From Chloroflexota bacterium (GTDB lineage Bacteria; Chloroflexota; Anaerolineae; B4-G1; SLSP01), in contig DAIUDK010000005.1 in NCBI GenBank assembly GCA_036845725.1, positions 6,719 through 70,718 of the forward strand: a DNA stretch of 64,000 nucleotides. The letters are read 5' to 3'. Position numbers and translations under genes: made by a program. Of the stretch, positions 8,259 to 16,896 are shown one piece after another (position 1 is the stretch's first letter; each line of letters begins with the position of its first letter). The notes below the pieces were generated by a model, which was given only the letters and a program-made list of their open reading frames with translations, was not told where the DNA came from and did not search any database.

Positions 8259-11200
8259 TCAGAATGGAAATAACAATAGAATGCGGCAAGCGTCATCGTA
8301 GGCCTGCCAGCGCCACGCGGGCCAGTCTGCCGCGCTGCCTTCTGTGACGCTATCCAACGCCGTGCAAATGACTGCTCGATCCGCCTCATCGCCATCACCA
8401 AGCAGCGCCAGAGCCGTTTCGAGCGATGCGCGGGCGGCGGCGCTCTGCCCGGCGCGCCAGTAAGCTTCGGCCTGGCGGTAGCGGGCGAGTGCCAATCCCG
8501 GCGCGTCATCCTCTTGGTTCCACAGGTCGGCGGCGCTTTCGTAAAGGGCGAGCGCCGCCGCAATATCGCCGTCGCGCAGGGCGTGATCGCCTTGACGGCA
8601 GGCTGCCAGCGCCGCGCCATCGGTGTGGCCGAGTGCGAGGTAGGCGCGCCGGGCGGTATCCCATTCGCCGCCGAAGTCGTCGAGCAGCGCGGCGACGCCC
8701 GCCGTCCACCGATCGGTGGGATCTGCAGCCAACGGGCGCGCGTGGTCGATCCACTCACATGCGGCGGGACTGTCCGCACGCCACAACAGCCAGGCGAGGG
8801 TGGCGCTCGCGGCCAAATCGTCGCTTACCGGCGACAGTGACCACGCCTCCCGCGCGCACTGTTCCGCTTCCGAGGCTTGCCCCTGCGTGGGGTGTACCAG
8901 CGCCAGTTTGACGAGCAGCACAGCGGGCGTCTCCGGCGCAGCAATCTCGCGAGCGGCGTCGTAATGGGTTGCCGCTGTCGCGAAATCGCCGGTCAGTAGA
9001 GCAATGTCGCCGAGTCCTGTGTAAGCGTGTATTTTGTGTGCGGCTATGTCCGGCAGGGCCGGATCCACCGGCAAGCGCTCGATCATCTCCAGGGCGCGCC
9101 GGTAACAGGCAGCAGCCTGGGGGAAGGCGTACCGTTGCCGCGCCTTGTCGCCGGAGAGGATCAGGTAACGCGCCGCCGAAAGCCATCGCTGCGCTGCCGT
9201 ATAGTGGTAGGCCAGCAGTTCGGCGTAGGCGGCGAGGACTGAGGCGTGCTGCTGTTCCAGGTATTCGGCGAGCCGGGCGTGCTGTGTGCGGCGTTTGTCG
9301 AAAGGCTGGCTGTTGTAGATGAACTCGCGGGTGAGTGTCTGGCGGAAGGCGTAGTGGACGTCGGCGGGCGACGTTTGCAGCACCATCTGCGCCGTCTCCA
9401 GCCCGGTCAGTGACGCGGTGAGGCGTGTGTCGTCTGTGCGCTCATCCCGCAGCGGTTCCAGATCGCTGGCCTGGAAGTCATCGCCGACGATGGAGGCGTC
9501 CTTGGCGGCGACGCGCTCGCTGTACGGGAGGCTGTCCACCCGGCTGATGATGAGTTCTTGCAGGACGTCCGAACTGTGCAAACCGGCCTCGACCGCGTCG
9601 GGCGTCATCCGCCCGGTGCGCTGCATCCAGCGGACGATTTCTTCGATGAAGAGCGGGTTACCACCACTGTGACGGTGGATGCTCTGGCATAGCGCCGCGA
9701 TGTTGGCGGTTTCCTCAGCCTTTAGCATAAATGTGACGAGATCGCGCGTGCCTGATTCATCCAGGGGACGTAGAATGAACGTGTTTGCGTCCGTGGCACC
9801 TGTGGCGTCGTCTTCCGTGCGCTCTGCCAGCACGATCAGCACGGGCCATGCGCCGATGCGCGTTTGCAGATCGTCGAGCAATGCCTGGGACAGCGTATCC
9901 ATCCATTGCGCGTTTTCTACGAGCAGGGCAAACGGCGCACGCTGCGCCAGGCGTCCCACGAGGGCACCGACGGCGGCGAAGAGGCGTTCGCGCTCGCGGG
10001 CGGTGACGCGGGCTTCGAGCCGCTGCCACATCGCCCCACCATCGGATTTCAGCCGTTCGGCTTCCTGGCGTTCCTGCGCCAGCTTCCAAAGGTTAGGCGC
10101 AGCAGGCCCCTTGCGTGGTTTGGCGGGCGCATCGGCCATTTTTTGCCCCAGTTGCGCGAAGAGACCCGCTCGCGCCGGTGGTTTGATAGCGGCGGGCGTT
10201 CCTGTCCCCTGTGGCGGGGAAGGGATGAAGGATGGCGGGTGTGGATTTTTCAGGTCGAGTAGGGTGTAGAGCGCATCAACGGCGCGATTGTCGGTCATCC
10301 CTAGATTGGTCAGCCAGGCGTCGAGTTTCTCATTGCGTTGCTGCGGGCTTTCGTCTGCCGTGAAGCCGGCGAGCGTGTGCAGCAGCGACGTCCAGACGTG
10401 ATAGGGTGTCTCGACGGTGTAGGCGTGACATTCGACCGAAATTGCCTGTGCACCCACCTTCAGCGCGTGGGCTGCCAGGGTGTAGGCTAGGTGGCTCTTG
10501 CCGATGCCCGCCGGACCGCGCAGTGTGAGCCGCGTCCCGCGACCGGCGAGTACGTTGCGCGTCACCTCGAGCGTCGCCGCAAGTTCTGCCTCGCGCCCGA
10601 AAACTGGTGCGAGATCGCGCAGGCGGCTGGTCAGCGGGTTCTCTTCCGCGATGCCGTCCACCTGATAAATGGAAATGGGGTCGGTCTTGCCTTTGACGCG
10701 GATGGCGGGCAGCGCGGTGATGGCGAACCGCGCCGCAACCTTCGCGTAGACTGATGGCGCGAGCAAGATCTGGCCCGGCGTCCCTGCCGACATCAGCCGC
10801 GCCGCGAGGTTCACATCGTCGCCCATGACGGTGTATTCGCGGCGGGTAGCGGCCCCGGCCTGCCCCGCGAAGGTCAATCCGTGCGTGATGCCGGTGCGCT
10901 GCTGGATGACGGGCGTGTCGTGCTGCCAGCGTGCGTTGAGCGCTGCCAGTTCCGCCATCATCTCTAACGCGGCGCGCGTTCCGCGTTCGGGATCGTCCTC
11001 GTGGGCGACGGGCGCGCCGAAGAGGATGAGAACTTTCGAGCCTTTGCTGTAAGGATCGATGCGGGTGATGACGCCGTCGTAGCGCGCGACGATGGCGTGC
11101 AGTGCGTTGAAGTAATCGCTCATCGGCCCGGTTACGGTGTCGAGTGGGGCGTTATCGCCTGGGAGCAGGTTCTCGAAGCCCGTGACGTTGGTGAATAGCA

Positions 11201-12275
11201 CCGTCGTCAGCCGGTATTCGCTCTCGATGCGGCGCTGCCCGGCGGCGTCGATGATGCGTTCGACCAGGGGGTGGGGTAAGTAGGGGGTCAGCGCCGCGAT
11301 TTGATCGGCGAGGCGTTGCACGTCCGCTGCTATCTCTGCGGGGGTGAAGCTGCTGCCTTCGACAGGCCGTGCGTGGCCGGTTTCCGCACGGATTTCGAAA
11401 TCGTCGAGCTTCTCGCCGGGTTGTTCTTCTACTGCGTAGAAGCCGTCGCCAAGATCGGTAAACAGCGTCGGGGCAAGGTGGGTGAAGGTTGTGCTGTCGA
11501 CGACGATCTGCCCGGCGGTTGCTGCGCCTTCGGCGCCCATCACGCGCGTCACGGGATCGCCAAGGATCACGTATTCCATCCGCTTGGCGGAACCGACACT
11601 CAGCGCGGCGAAATTCCCGGTGCTGACGCCGATTTTCATCTTGAGTGCCACTGCGCCCAGGACGGTGGGGATGGTGGAGAACTCGTCCATCGCGCGCATC
11701 ATCCGCTGCCCGGCGCGCACGGCCCAGGCCACGTGTGCGCTGTTTGGGTCGGCGGGGAAGTAGACGAGCAGCGCATCCCCGGCGAATTTGAGGAGGATGC
11801 CGCCCGACCAGGCGAGGATGTCGAGCATGCGCTCGAAGTAGGCGTTGATGGCGTGCGTGAGTTGTTCCGCGCCTTCCTGGCCTTGATGTGCGAGGCGTTC
11901 GGAGAGGGCAGTGAAGCCGCTCACATCGGAGAAGAGCAGGCTGCCGTCGAGCCATTCCCCGGAGTGCTGCCCGGTGACGGGATGGCGCAGTATGGCCTGC
12001 GCGAGGTGGCTTGGAATGTAGGTCGAGAGCAGATAGCGCAAGGAGCGCAGGTGATTCAGGGCATTGCCCCACGCGCGCCGATTGAAGCGCGGTTCGCGCA
12101 AAGGCAGGAGGAGTTTCTCTGGTAAGTAGGCATCAAGGTCAGGCGGCAACGCCAGTGTGTTCGGCGCTGCCGCGTCTTTCGTGTCATGGCTGTACCTGAC
12201 TTGGCCCATGCAATCATCACTCGTGCCCACGTTATTTCTGTACCCTTGCGAAGGTTTGAATTGCAACCTTCGCAA
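8259..12275 (-). CDS. Multidomain signalling protein: two class III nucleotidyl cyclase domains, STAND/AAA NTPase, TPR repeats (no zinc ribbon)
   Basis: CYC motifs (LLFSDVSGFT..FAGDALLVYF; LFTNVTGFE..LFGAPVAHEDD..MGDDVNLAARL). Walker A GPAGIGKS. Walker B LLVENAQWMD. TPR-like C-terminus. Confidence 0.85.
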   Translation of the reverse strand: MRRLQFKPSQGYRNNVGTSDDCMGQVRYSHDTKDAAAPNTLALPPDLDAYLPEKLLLPLREPRFNRRAWGNALNHLRSLRYLLSTYIPSHLAQAILRHPVTGQHSGEWLDGSLLFSDVSGFTALSERLAHQGQEGAEQLTHAINAYFERMLDILAWSGGILLKFAGDALLVYFPADPNSAHVAWAVRAGQRMMRAMDEFSTIPTVLGAVALKMKIGVSTGNFAALSVGSAKRMEYVILGDPVTRVMGAEGAATAGQIVVDSTTFTHLAPTLFTDLGDGFYAVEEQPGEKLDDFEIRAETGHARPVEGSSFTPAEIAADVQRLADQIAALTPYLPHPLVERIIDAAGQRRIESEYRLTTVLFTNVTGFENLLPGDNAPLDTVTGPMSDYFNALHAIVARYDGVITRIDPYSKGSKVLILFGAPVAHEDDPERGTRAALEMMAELAALNARWQHDTPVIQQRTGITHGLTFAGQAGAATRREYTVMGDDVNLAARLMSAGTPGQILLAPSVYAKVAARFAITALPAIRVKGKTDPISIYQVDGIAEENPLTSRLRDLAPVFGREAELAATLEVTRNVLAGRGTRLTLRGPAGIGKSHLAYTLAAHALKVGAQAISVECHAYTVETPYHVWTSLLHTLAGFTADESPQQRNEKLDAWLTNLGMTDNRAVDALYTLLDLKNPHPPSFIPSPPQGTGTPAAIKPPARAGLFAQLGQKMADAPAKPRKGPAAPNLWKLAQERQEAERLKSDGGAMWQRLEARVTARERERLFAAVGALVGRLAQRAPFALLVENAQWMDTLSQALLDDLQTRIGAWPVLIVLAERTEDDATGATDANTFILRPLDESGTRDLVTFMLKAEETANIAALCQSIHRHSGGNPLFIEEIVRWMQRTGRMTPDAVEAGLHSSDVLQELIISRVDSLPYSERVAAKDASIVGDDFQASDLEPLRDERTDDTRLTASLTGLETAQMVLQTSPADVHYAFRQTLTREFIYNSQPFDKRRTQHARLAEYLEQQHASVLAAYAELLAYHYTAAQRWLSAARYLILSGDKARQRYAFPQAAACYRRALEMIERLPVDPALPDIAAHKIHAYTGLGDIALLTGDFATAATHYDAAREIAAPETPAVLLVKLALVHPTQGQASEAEQCAREAWSLSPVSDDLAASATLAWLLWRADSPAACEWIDHARPLAADPTDRWTAGVAALLDDFGGEWDTARRAYLALGHTDGAALAACRQGDHALRDGDIAAALALYESAADLWNQEDDAPGLALARYRQAEAYWRAGQSAAARASLETALALLGDGDEADRAVICTALDSVTEGSAADWPAWRWQAYDDACRILLLFPF

Positions 12276-12281
12276 GAGTTT

Positions 12282-13457
12282 TCATGACTGGGTGTTTGTT
12301 GGTTTGTCCGCCTGGGCCTGAATTGCGCTGAAGACGCTGCGCTTCGGCGCGTCAGCGGGCGTCTTTTGGGGGACAGGCACCCTTCTGTTCCACTCTGCCT
12401 CGTCCACCGGGCCGGCCTGCGCCGCGAGCAGTTCCAGGCGTCCCCAGACATTCAATTCGCCCGTGGGGAACACGCTGCGCACGAACGTCATCACGTAGGG
12501 ACCGATGGCTTTGCGAAGGCTCTCCATCTCGGTCTGCATCTGCGCGATTTCCTGCGTCAATTGCTCTTTCTGTTTGGGGTCATCCAGTTTCTCCTGGACC
12601 TTGCGCTTGATCCCCAACTGCGCCTGGCGCAGCACGAGCGCCATCACCTGCTCGGTTTTCTGTGGGAATTGTTCGGTGATGGGTTCGAGCATCTCTTCGA
12701 GCGAACTGTACGCCTGAGCAGCGCGCACCTCGGCCCCGGTGACGCCAACTTTACGGTCGAGCGTGTCCGCGAACCACTGCTTCTGTTCGCGTAGTCCTAA
12801 CGAGATGACGCAGGCGATAAGGCCCACTCCAGCAAAACCAATGCCGATGGGAACAATTCCTTGGAGCGTGCGTGGCAGCGCCTCGGACCGTGTGATGACA
12901 TTGAAGAGCGCGTGAAGGACCATTGCGGCGATCCAGCCGGCTATCAGTCCCAGGCTTCGTCGCCCCTTTTTTTGGAAGCGGACGCGACCAATGGCGATGC
13001 CCACCAAGCCAGATGCTGCGCCGTGCATCAAGCACGTCGAAAAGGCGCGTGACACCGCCAGGGCGATCCCCATCTGCGGGTTTTGGCTCAGATACAGGAA
13101 GTTCTCAACGATGGAGAATCCAATGCCGGAGGCGAATCCATAGATTGCGCCATCCACAAAGTACGTGAATTCTGCTCTGCGTGAAACATACAGCAGGACG
13201 AGCGACTTGATCAACTCTTCGGCGATAGGAGCAAAGAGTACGTACAGCAGGAGCATATCCCAGCCAAGTCTGCGGATGGTGGGGTAAGCGACGTAAGTGT
13301 TGAAAAGATAGGACAGTCCCACACCCCCCAGCGCGCCCCAGGCAAAGCAGATGAGCACTAGCCGGAACGTGCGCGAGGCGTACAAGTCCTGCGTGTAGAT
13401 AATCAGCAAAAAGATAGCCGGGATGCCGGCGGCTAAGAGTATGGCTAATGGGTTCAT
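12282..13457 (-). CDS. PrsW-family-like polytopic membrane protease with roughly 180-aa cytoplasmic coiled-coil-rich C-terminal extension
   Basis: At least six predicted TM helices. Conserved acidic and His motifs (AEELIKSL, FSIVENFLY, HALFN) resemble PrsW/CAAX-like intramembrane proteases. Starts 7 nt after the cyclase gene stop. Confidence 0.55.
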   Translation of the reverse strand: MNPLAILLAAGIPAIFLLIIYTQDLYASRTFRLVLICFAWGALGGVGLSYLFNTYVAYPTIRRLGWDMLLLYVLFAPIAEELIKSLVLLYVSRRAEFTYFVDGAIYGFASGIGFSIVENFLYLSQNPQMGIALAVSRAFSTCLMHGAASGLVGIAIGRVRFQKKGRRSLGLIAGWIAAMVLHALFNVITRSEALPRTLQGIVPIGIGFAGVGLIACVISLGLREQKQWFADTLDRKVGVTGAEVRAAQAYSSLEEMLEPITEQFPQKTEQVMALVLRQAQLGIKRKVQEKLDDPKQKEQLTQEIAQMQTEMESLRKAIGPYVMTFVRSVFPTGELNVWGRLELLAAQAGPVDEAEWNRRVPVPQKTPADAPKRSVFSAIQAQADKPTNTQS

Positions 13458-13478
13458 CGTTTGAAACTGCTGTTGCTT

Positions 13479-13814
13479 TTAGCCTTCTGGCTCTTTGGTC
13501 TTGTCGTCCAACGCAGCCCACAGGCTTCCAGGGATGTTTTGGGGTGCCAGTCGTCCGTACCTCACGCGATATTCGTTGGACATTGGATCATACTGCATAT
13601 AACCTTTTTCCACGAGCAGGTCAAGGTCTTGCTGTGTCTCTTCGATCGACCGATTGGTCTGGGCTGCAGCGTCTTTGACGGTGAGTGCTTTCATTCGATT
13701 GATGGTCAACATCAAGGTGCGCAGTGACTTCGGCAGCTCTAGCAGATCGGAGGGTTTGATGCCTTCCTGGCGTTCCTCGATTTTCTTGGAGAGTGAACCA
13801 AAAATACCCATCGC
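13479..13814 (-). CDS. Small protein with winged-helix-like segment (hypothetical regulator); start reassigned to MGIFGSL because GGAGG lies 7 nt upstream
   Basis: The ORF-track start at 13868 overlaps the previous gene by 45 nt. The internal ATG at 13814 has a good SD. LTVKDAAAQTNRSIEETQQDLDLLVEKGYM resembles a winged-helix recognition region. Confidence 0.4.
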   Translation of the reverse strand, partial: AMGIFGSLSKKIEERQEGIKPSDLLELPKSLRTLMLTINRMKALTVKDAAAQTNRSIEETQQDLDLLVEKGYMQYDPMSNEYRVRYGRLAPQNIPGSLWAALDDKTKEPEG

Positions 13815-13822
13815 ATGACCTC

Positions 13823-14038
13823 CTAGAAGAACTCCGGCATTTCGATAGGCTCCGGCTGCGGCTGACATTCACCGCACCATAGCACATTGGAGACGACCAC
13901 CGCTTTGGGCGTGTTATCTCTTCCCAGGTACATTGCCATAATGGTAGGCAGGGACGTGGAATAGTGCTCTTTACAGACGCCACGTCCGCAGAATTTGCAT
14001 ATCCCTATTGCTGGTTGACCGCATTTATGGCAGACCAT
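13823..14038 (-). CDS. Small double-CxxC zinc-ribbon protein
   Basis: 71 aa. CHKCG..CKFCGRGVCKEH and C-terminal WCGEC motifs. Lies 12 nt downstream of the MinD-like gene. Confidence 0.5.
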   Translation of the reverse strand: MVCHKCGQPAIGICKFCGRGVCKEHYSTSLPTIMAMYLGRDNTPKAVVVSNVLWCGECQPQPEPIEMPEFF

Positions 14039-14049
14039 AGCGTGGCTCC

Positions 14050-14820
14050 CTACACCGCTTTGATGAGGTTGACGACGTTCTGGATGCTCTTGGTGAAGGG
14101 GTGCTCCGGGAAGCGCAGCGCGAAAATGTCGGAGGATTGCAGGCCAGCCACATCTTCCGAAAGCGGTAGAATGGCGGCGACCTGGCTATCGTAGGTGGCC
14201 TCGACCTGTTTTTTCAGTGCGGCGAAGTCATAGGAAGTCAGCGCCTTGTTAATGACCAGGAACAGGTTAGGGACATCCAACTTGCGTGCCACGTCCACGG
14301 TGACGGCGGTGCCCTGGTAGTCCTGTTGGTCGGGACGCAACACGATGACAAGCACGTCGGAGATGGCGACGGAGAGCAGCGTTTCCTCATTCAAGCCGGG
14401 ATGCGTATCGATGATTAGATAATCCAGGTTCAACTTTTCTACCAACGCATTAAAACCATCGTTGAGCAGTCCCACGTCGTAACGTTCGCGGAGGACGCGC
14501 GTGATATCACCCACGCGGATGCTGGAAGGGACGAGGTAGATTTCGCCGCCAATGGTGAACACTACCCCTTTTCCGATGCGCGCGCTGACGGGATAAGCTG
14601 TCTGTTCAATGGTGCATTTGTCCCACAGGTAGTCGTTCAGCGAGTTGGTGATTTCTTCCTCATCCATACCAAAGAGCACATGAATGCCTGGCGAGGAGAT
14701 GTCGGTATCTACTACGCCGACACGATTACCATCTTTTGCCAGTAATGCCGACACGTTCGCCGAGATATTCGACTTGCCTGTGCCGCCACGAAATGAGTGG
14801 ATTGAAACGATTTTTGACAT
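14050..14820 (-). CDS. MinD/ParA-family P-loop ATPase
   Basis: Deviant Walker A SFRGGTGKS. DTD switch region. About 256 aa, typical of the MinD/ParA/CbiA superfamily. Confidence 0.8.
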   Translation of the reverse strand: MSKIVSIHSFRGGTGKSNISANVSALLAKDGNRVGVVDTDISSPGIHVLFGMDEEEITNSLNDYLWDKCTIEQTAYPVSARIGKGVVFTIGGEIYLVPSSIRVGDITRVLRERYDVGLLNDGFNALVEKLNLDYLIIDTHPGLNEETLLSVAISDVLVIVLRPDQQDYQGTAVTVDVARKLDVPNLFLVINKALTSYDFAALKKQVEATYDSQVAAILPLSEDVAGLQSSDIFALRFPEHPFTKSIQNVVNLIKAV

Positions 14821-14886
14821 GTTTGGCCTCCTTATTGTGCGGTTTGATTACAATTATAGTTATAAAACGGATATTGTCTAAGGTCA

Positions 14887-16896
14887 CTATGTTCTGCTGC
14901 GGAGTTCACGCGCTTTCTCGCGCAACTCCTGAAAATAATCCGACTCGGTGATTTCCGCGACCTGCCGCTCTTTCTTCGCCATATCGATCTCGATGCGCAA
15001 CTCTTCAATCTGGCGATGGAGGGCTTGCTCGCGGATGTAGGCTTCCAGCGCGGCGACGGCGAGTGAGGAGAACGACTCCATCATCTGTTGCAAGTTTTGA
15101 TCGAAGGGTATGCGTACTTTTGTTTCCGGCTCTTCCGCGTTGATCAGTTGTAGCACGCCCAACACCGTCCCGGCGCTGTTCTTGAGGGGGATGGTGAGCA
15201 GTGAATCGATTGTGTAATCGCTGATGATGGTGCTTCTCTGATTGTGTTTTGCGATGTTGCTGGGGATGCCGCTCGACGCGACCTGCGTGGCGATGGCGTG
15301 GTATGCCAGATGCGGCGTGTCGCCGGAAGTGGCCGTACTGAGACTGAGTGACGGATAGGTGATCGGGTTGCCGGTTGTCCCTCCCATCGCGATGTTGCCG
15401 CTGTCGTTGCGCACAATTACGAATCTGAGTTCATCCTTCTCGATCAGATAGAGCGTGCCGGCGTCGGCATGGCAGAAGTCCTTGGCTTCCAACAGCATCT
15501 TTTCAAGCAGCCGGTTGAAGTCCTTCTCCGTGGTCAACTCGACGCCGATGGGGATTACAACTTCGAGCAGGTCGTCGGCGCGGCGCTTCTCTTTGCGCAC
15601 TTGCTGCAACGTCATCCGTAGCTGCGTCGTCATATTGTTGAATGTGGTTGCCAGCACGCCCACTTCATCACGGGATTCCACCTGTGCCTGCGCGTCCAGG
15701 GCGCCCTCACGGATGCGCTCGGCGACGTTGGTGAGTCGTACCACGGGGCCGGCAATTGTCTCGCGGGTGACGTAAGCCATGCCGATACCGACGAGCAGTG
15801 CAAAGATACCACCGCCAAGGATGATGACGTTGGTCTGCGTGAGGTCGTGGCGCCCAGTTGCCAGGTCTGTCGTCAGTTGGTTCTGCTGATTGTCGGTCAT
15901 CTCGTTGAGCAAGCGTTGCATTTCATCGGCCAGCGGTAGAGCCTGGGTTCTGAAGAGGTAGAGGTCTTCGCGCGCTCGCTCGCCTTCCAGATCGGCGAAC
16001 ATCTTTTCCGGCAGGTTGAGAAATTCGGCGCGGTTCTGCGCAATAGCGTTGAGCAACTCTTGTTGGCTGGACGTAAGCGCACCGTGTTTGCCTTGCAGCC
16101 GTTCCCACACGTTTTGATTGTCCACGAGGTTGACCTCGTACTCGCCTCGATAAATGCGATTGTTGGTCGTCACGTAACCGCGCAGCGCGGACAGCATCGC
16201 GGCAAAGTTGCCCTGGAACTTTGCCATGTCGCTCAACAACGCGAGGTTTTCCGCCGTCGGGTCTTGCTGACCTTGCAGTTCGATGAGGGTGTTGGTAGCG
16301 ATGAGCACCTCACCGGCGTAACGGATGCCGTCGGTGGCCAGGAGCCGGTAGGCCGGTTCGCGGTCGAGTTGATCGTCGCGCAGATTGAACAGTGGCTCCG
16401 GTAGCGCCGCCCACTGTTCGTAAGCGATCTGCAGCCGCACCAGACGGCGGATGTTGGTCTCATCCAGGTTCTGGAGTTGGCCGTAGAGGCGATCCAGATC
16501 TTCTTCGAAGGCGCGCGCGGATTGTGCGTAGCTTTCGCGGTATGTCTGGTCGCCCAACGCGAGATAACCACGCACGTCAGACAGCATCCTCAGTAAGTTG
16601 GCTTGCGCGCGCGAGGCATCGAGCGCCGTTGGCGCGCGCACGTCGGTGACGCGCATAATCTGCTGGGTGGCGCGGTCGCTGCCTAGGTAGCTCACCCCCG
16701 CACTGATGAAAATGAGCAGCACCAGGATCCCGAATCCCAGGGTCAATTTGCGCCCGATCTTTAAATCCTTGATCCAGGTCATACCGGGCAATTTCTCGAT
16801 CCAGGGGCTCAGGTTCGCATCCGTTGTGATGGACGTTGTTTCTTTAGTCATGGCGTGCGCCTCCAATCCTTGATACTCCAGGTGTTCATGTCCCAC
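14887..16896 (-). CDS. Membrane sensor: periplasmic helical sensing region, HAMP, GAF, C-terminal coiled-coil tail; no enzymatic output (alternative ATG at 16851 gives an ATGA overlap with the upstream SBP gene)
   Basis: Two TM segments flank a roughly 280-aa periplasmic region. HAMP (VRLTNVAERIREG..TTFNNMTTQL). GAF (AGTLYLIE..GVLQLINAEE). Tail ELRIEIDMAKKERQVAEITESDYFQELREKARELRSRT. Confidence 0.75.
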   Translation of the reverse strand: MGHEHLEYQGLEAHAMTKETTSITTDANLSPWIEKLPGMTWIKDLKIGRKLTLGFGILVLLIFISAGVSYLGSDRATQQIMRVTDVRAPTALDASRAQANLLRMLSDVRGYLALGDQTYRESYAQSARAFEEDLDRLYGQLQNLDETNIRRLVRLQIAYEQWAALPEPLFNLRDDQLDREPAYRLLATDGIRYAGEVLIATNTLIELQGQQDPTAENLALLSDMAKFQGNFAAMLSALRGYVTTNNRIYRGEYEVNLVDNQNVWERLQGKHGALTSSQQELLNAIAQNRAEFLNLPEKMFADLEGERAREDLYLFRTQALPLADEMQRLLNEMTDNQQNQLTTDLATGRHDLTQTNVIILGGGIFALLVGIGMAYVTRETIAGPVVRLTNVAERIREGALDAQAQVESRDEVGVLATTFNNMTTQLRMTLQQVRKEKRRADDLLEVVIPIGVELTTEKDFNRLLEKMLLEAKDFCHADAGTLYLIEKDELRFVIVRNDSGNIAMGGTTGNPITYPSLSLSTATSGDTPHLAYHAIATQVASSGIPSNIAKHNQRSTIISDYTIDSLLTIPLKNSAGTVLGVLQLINAEEPETKVRIPFDQNLQQMMESFSSLAVAALEAYIREQALHRQIEELRIEIDMAKKERQVAEITESDYFQELREKARELRSRT

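Noticed and set aside
13815-13868. ORF-track start of the small winged-helix-like protein at 13868, overlapping the zinc-ribbon gene by 45 nt
   Set aside because: The internal ATG at 13814 with GGAGG at -7 gives a non-overlapping, better-supported start.
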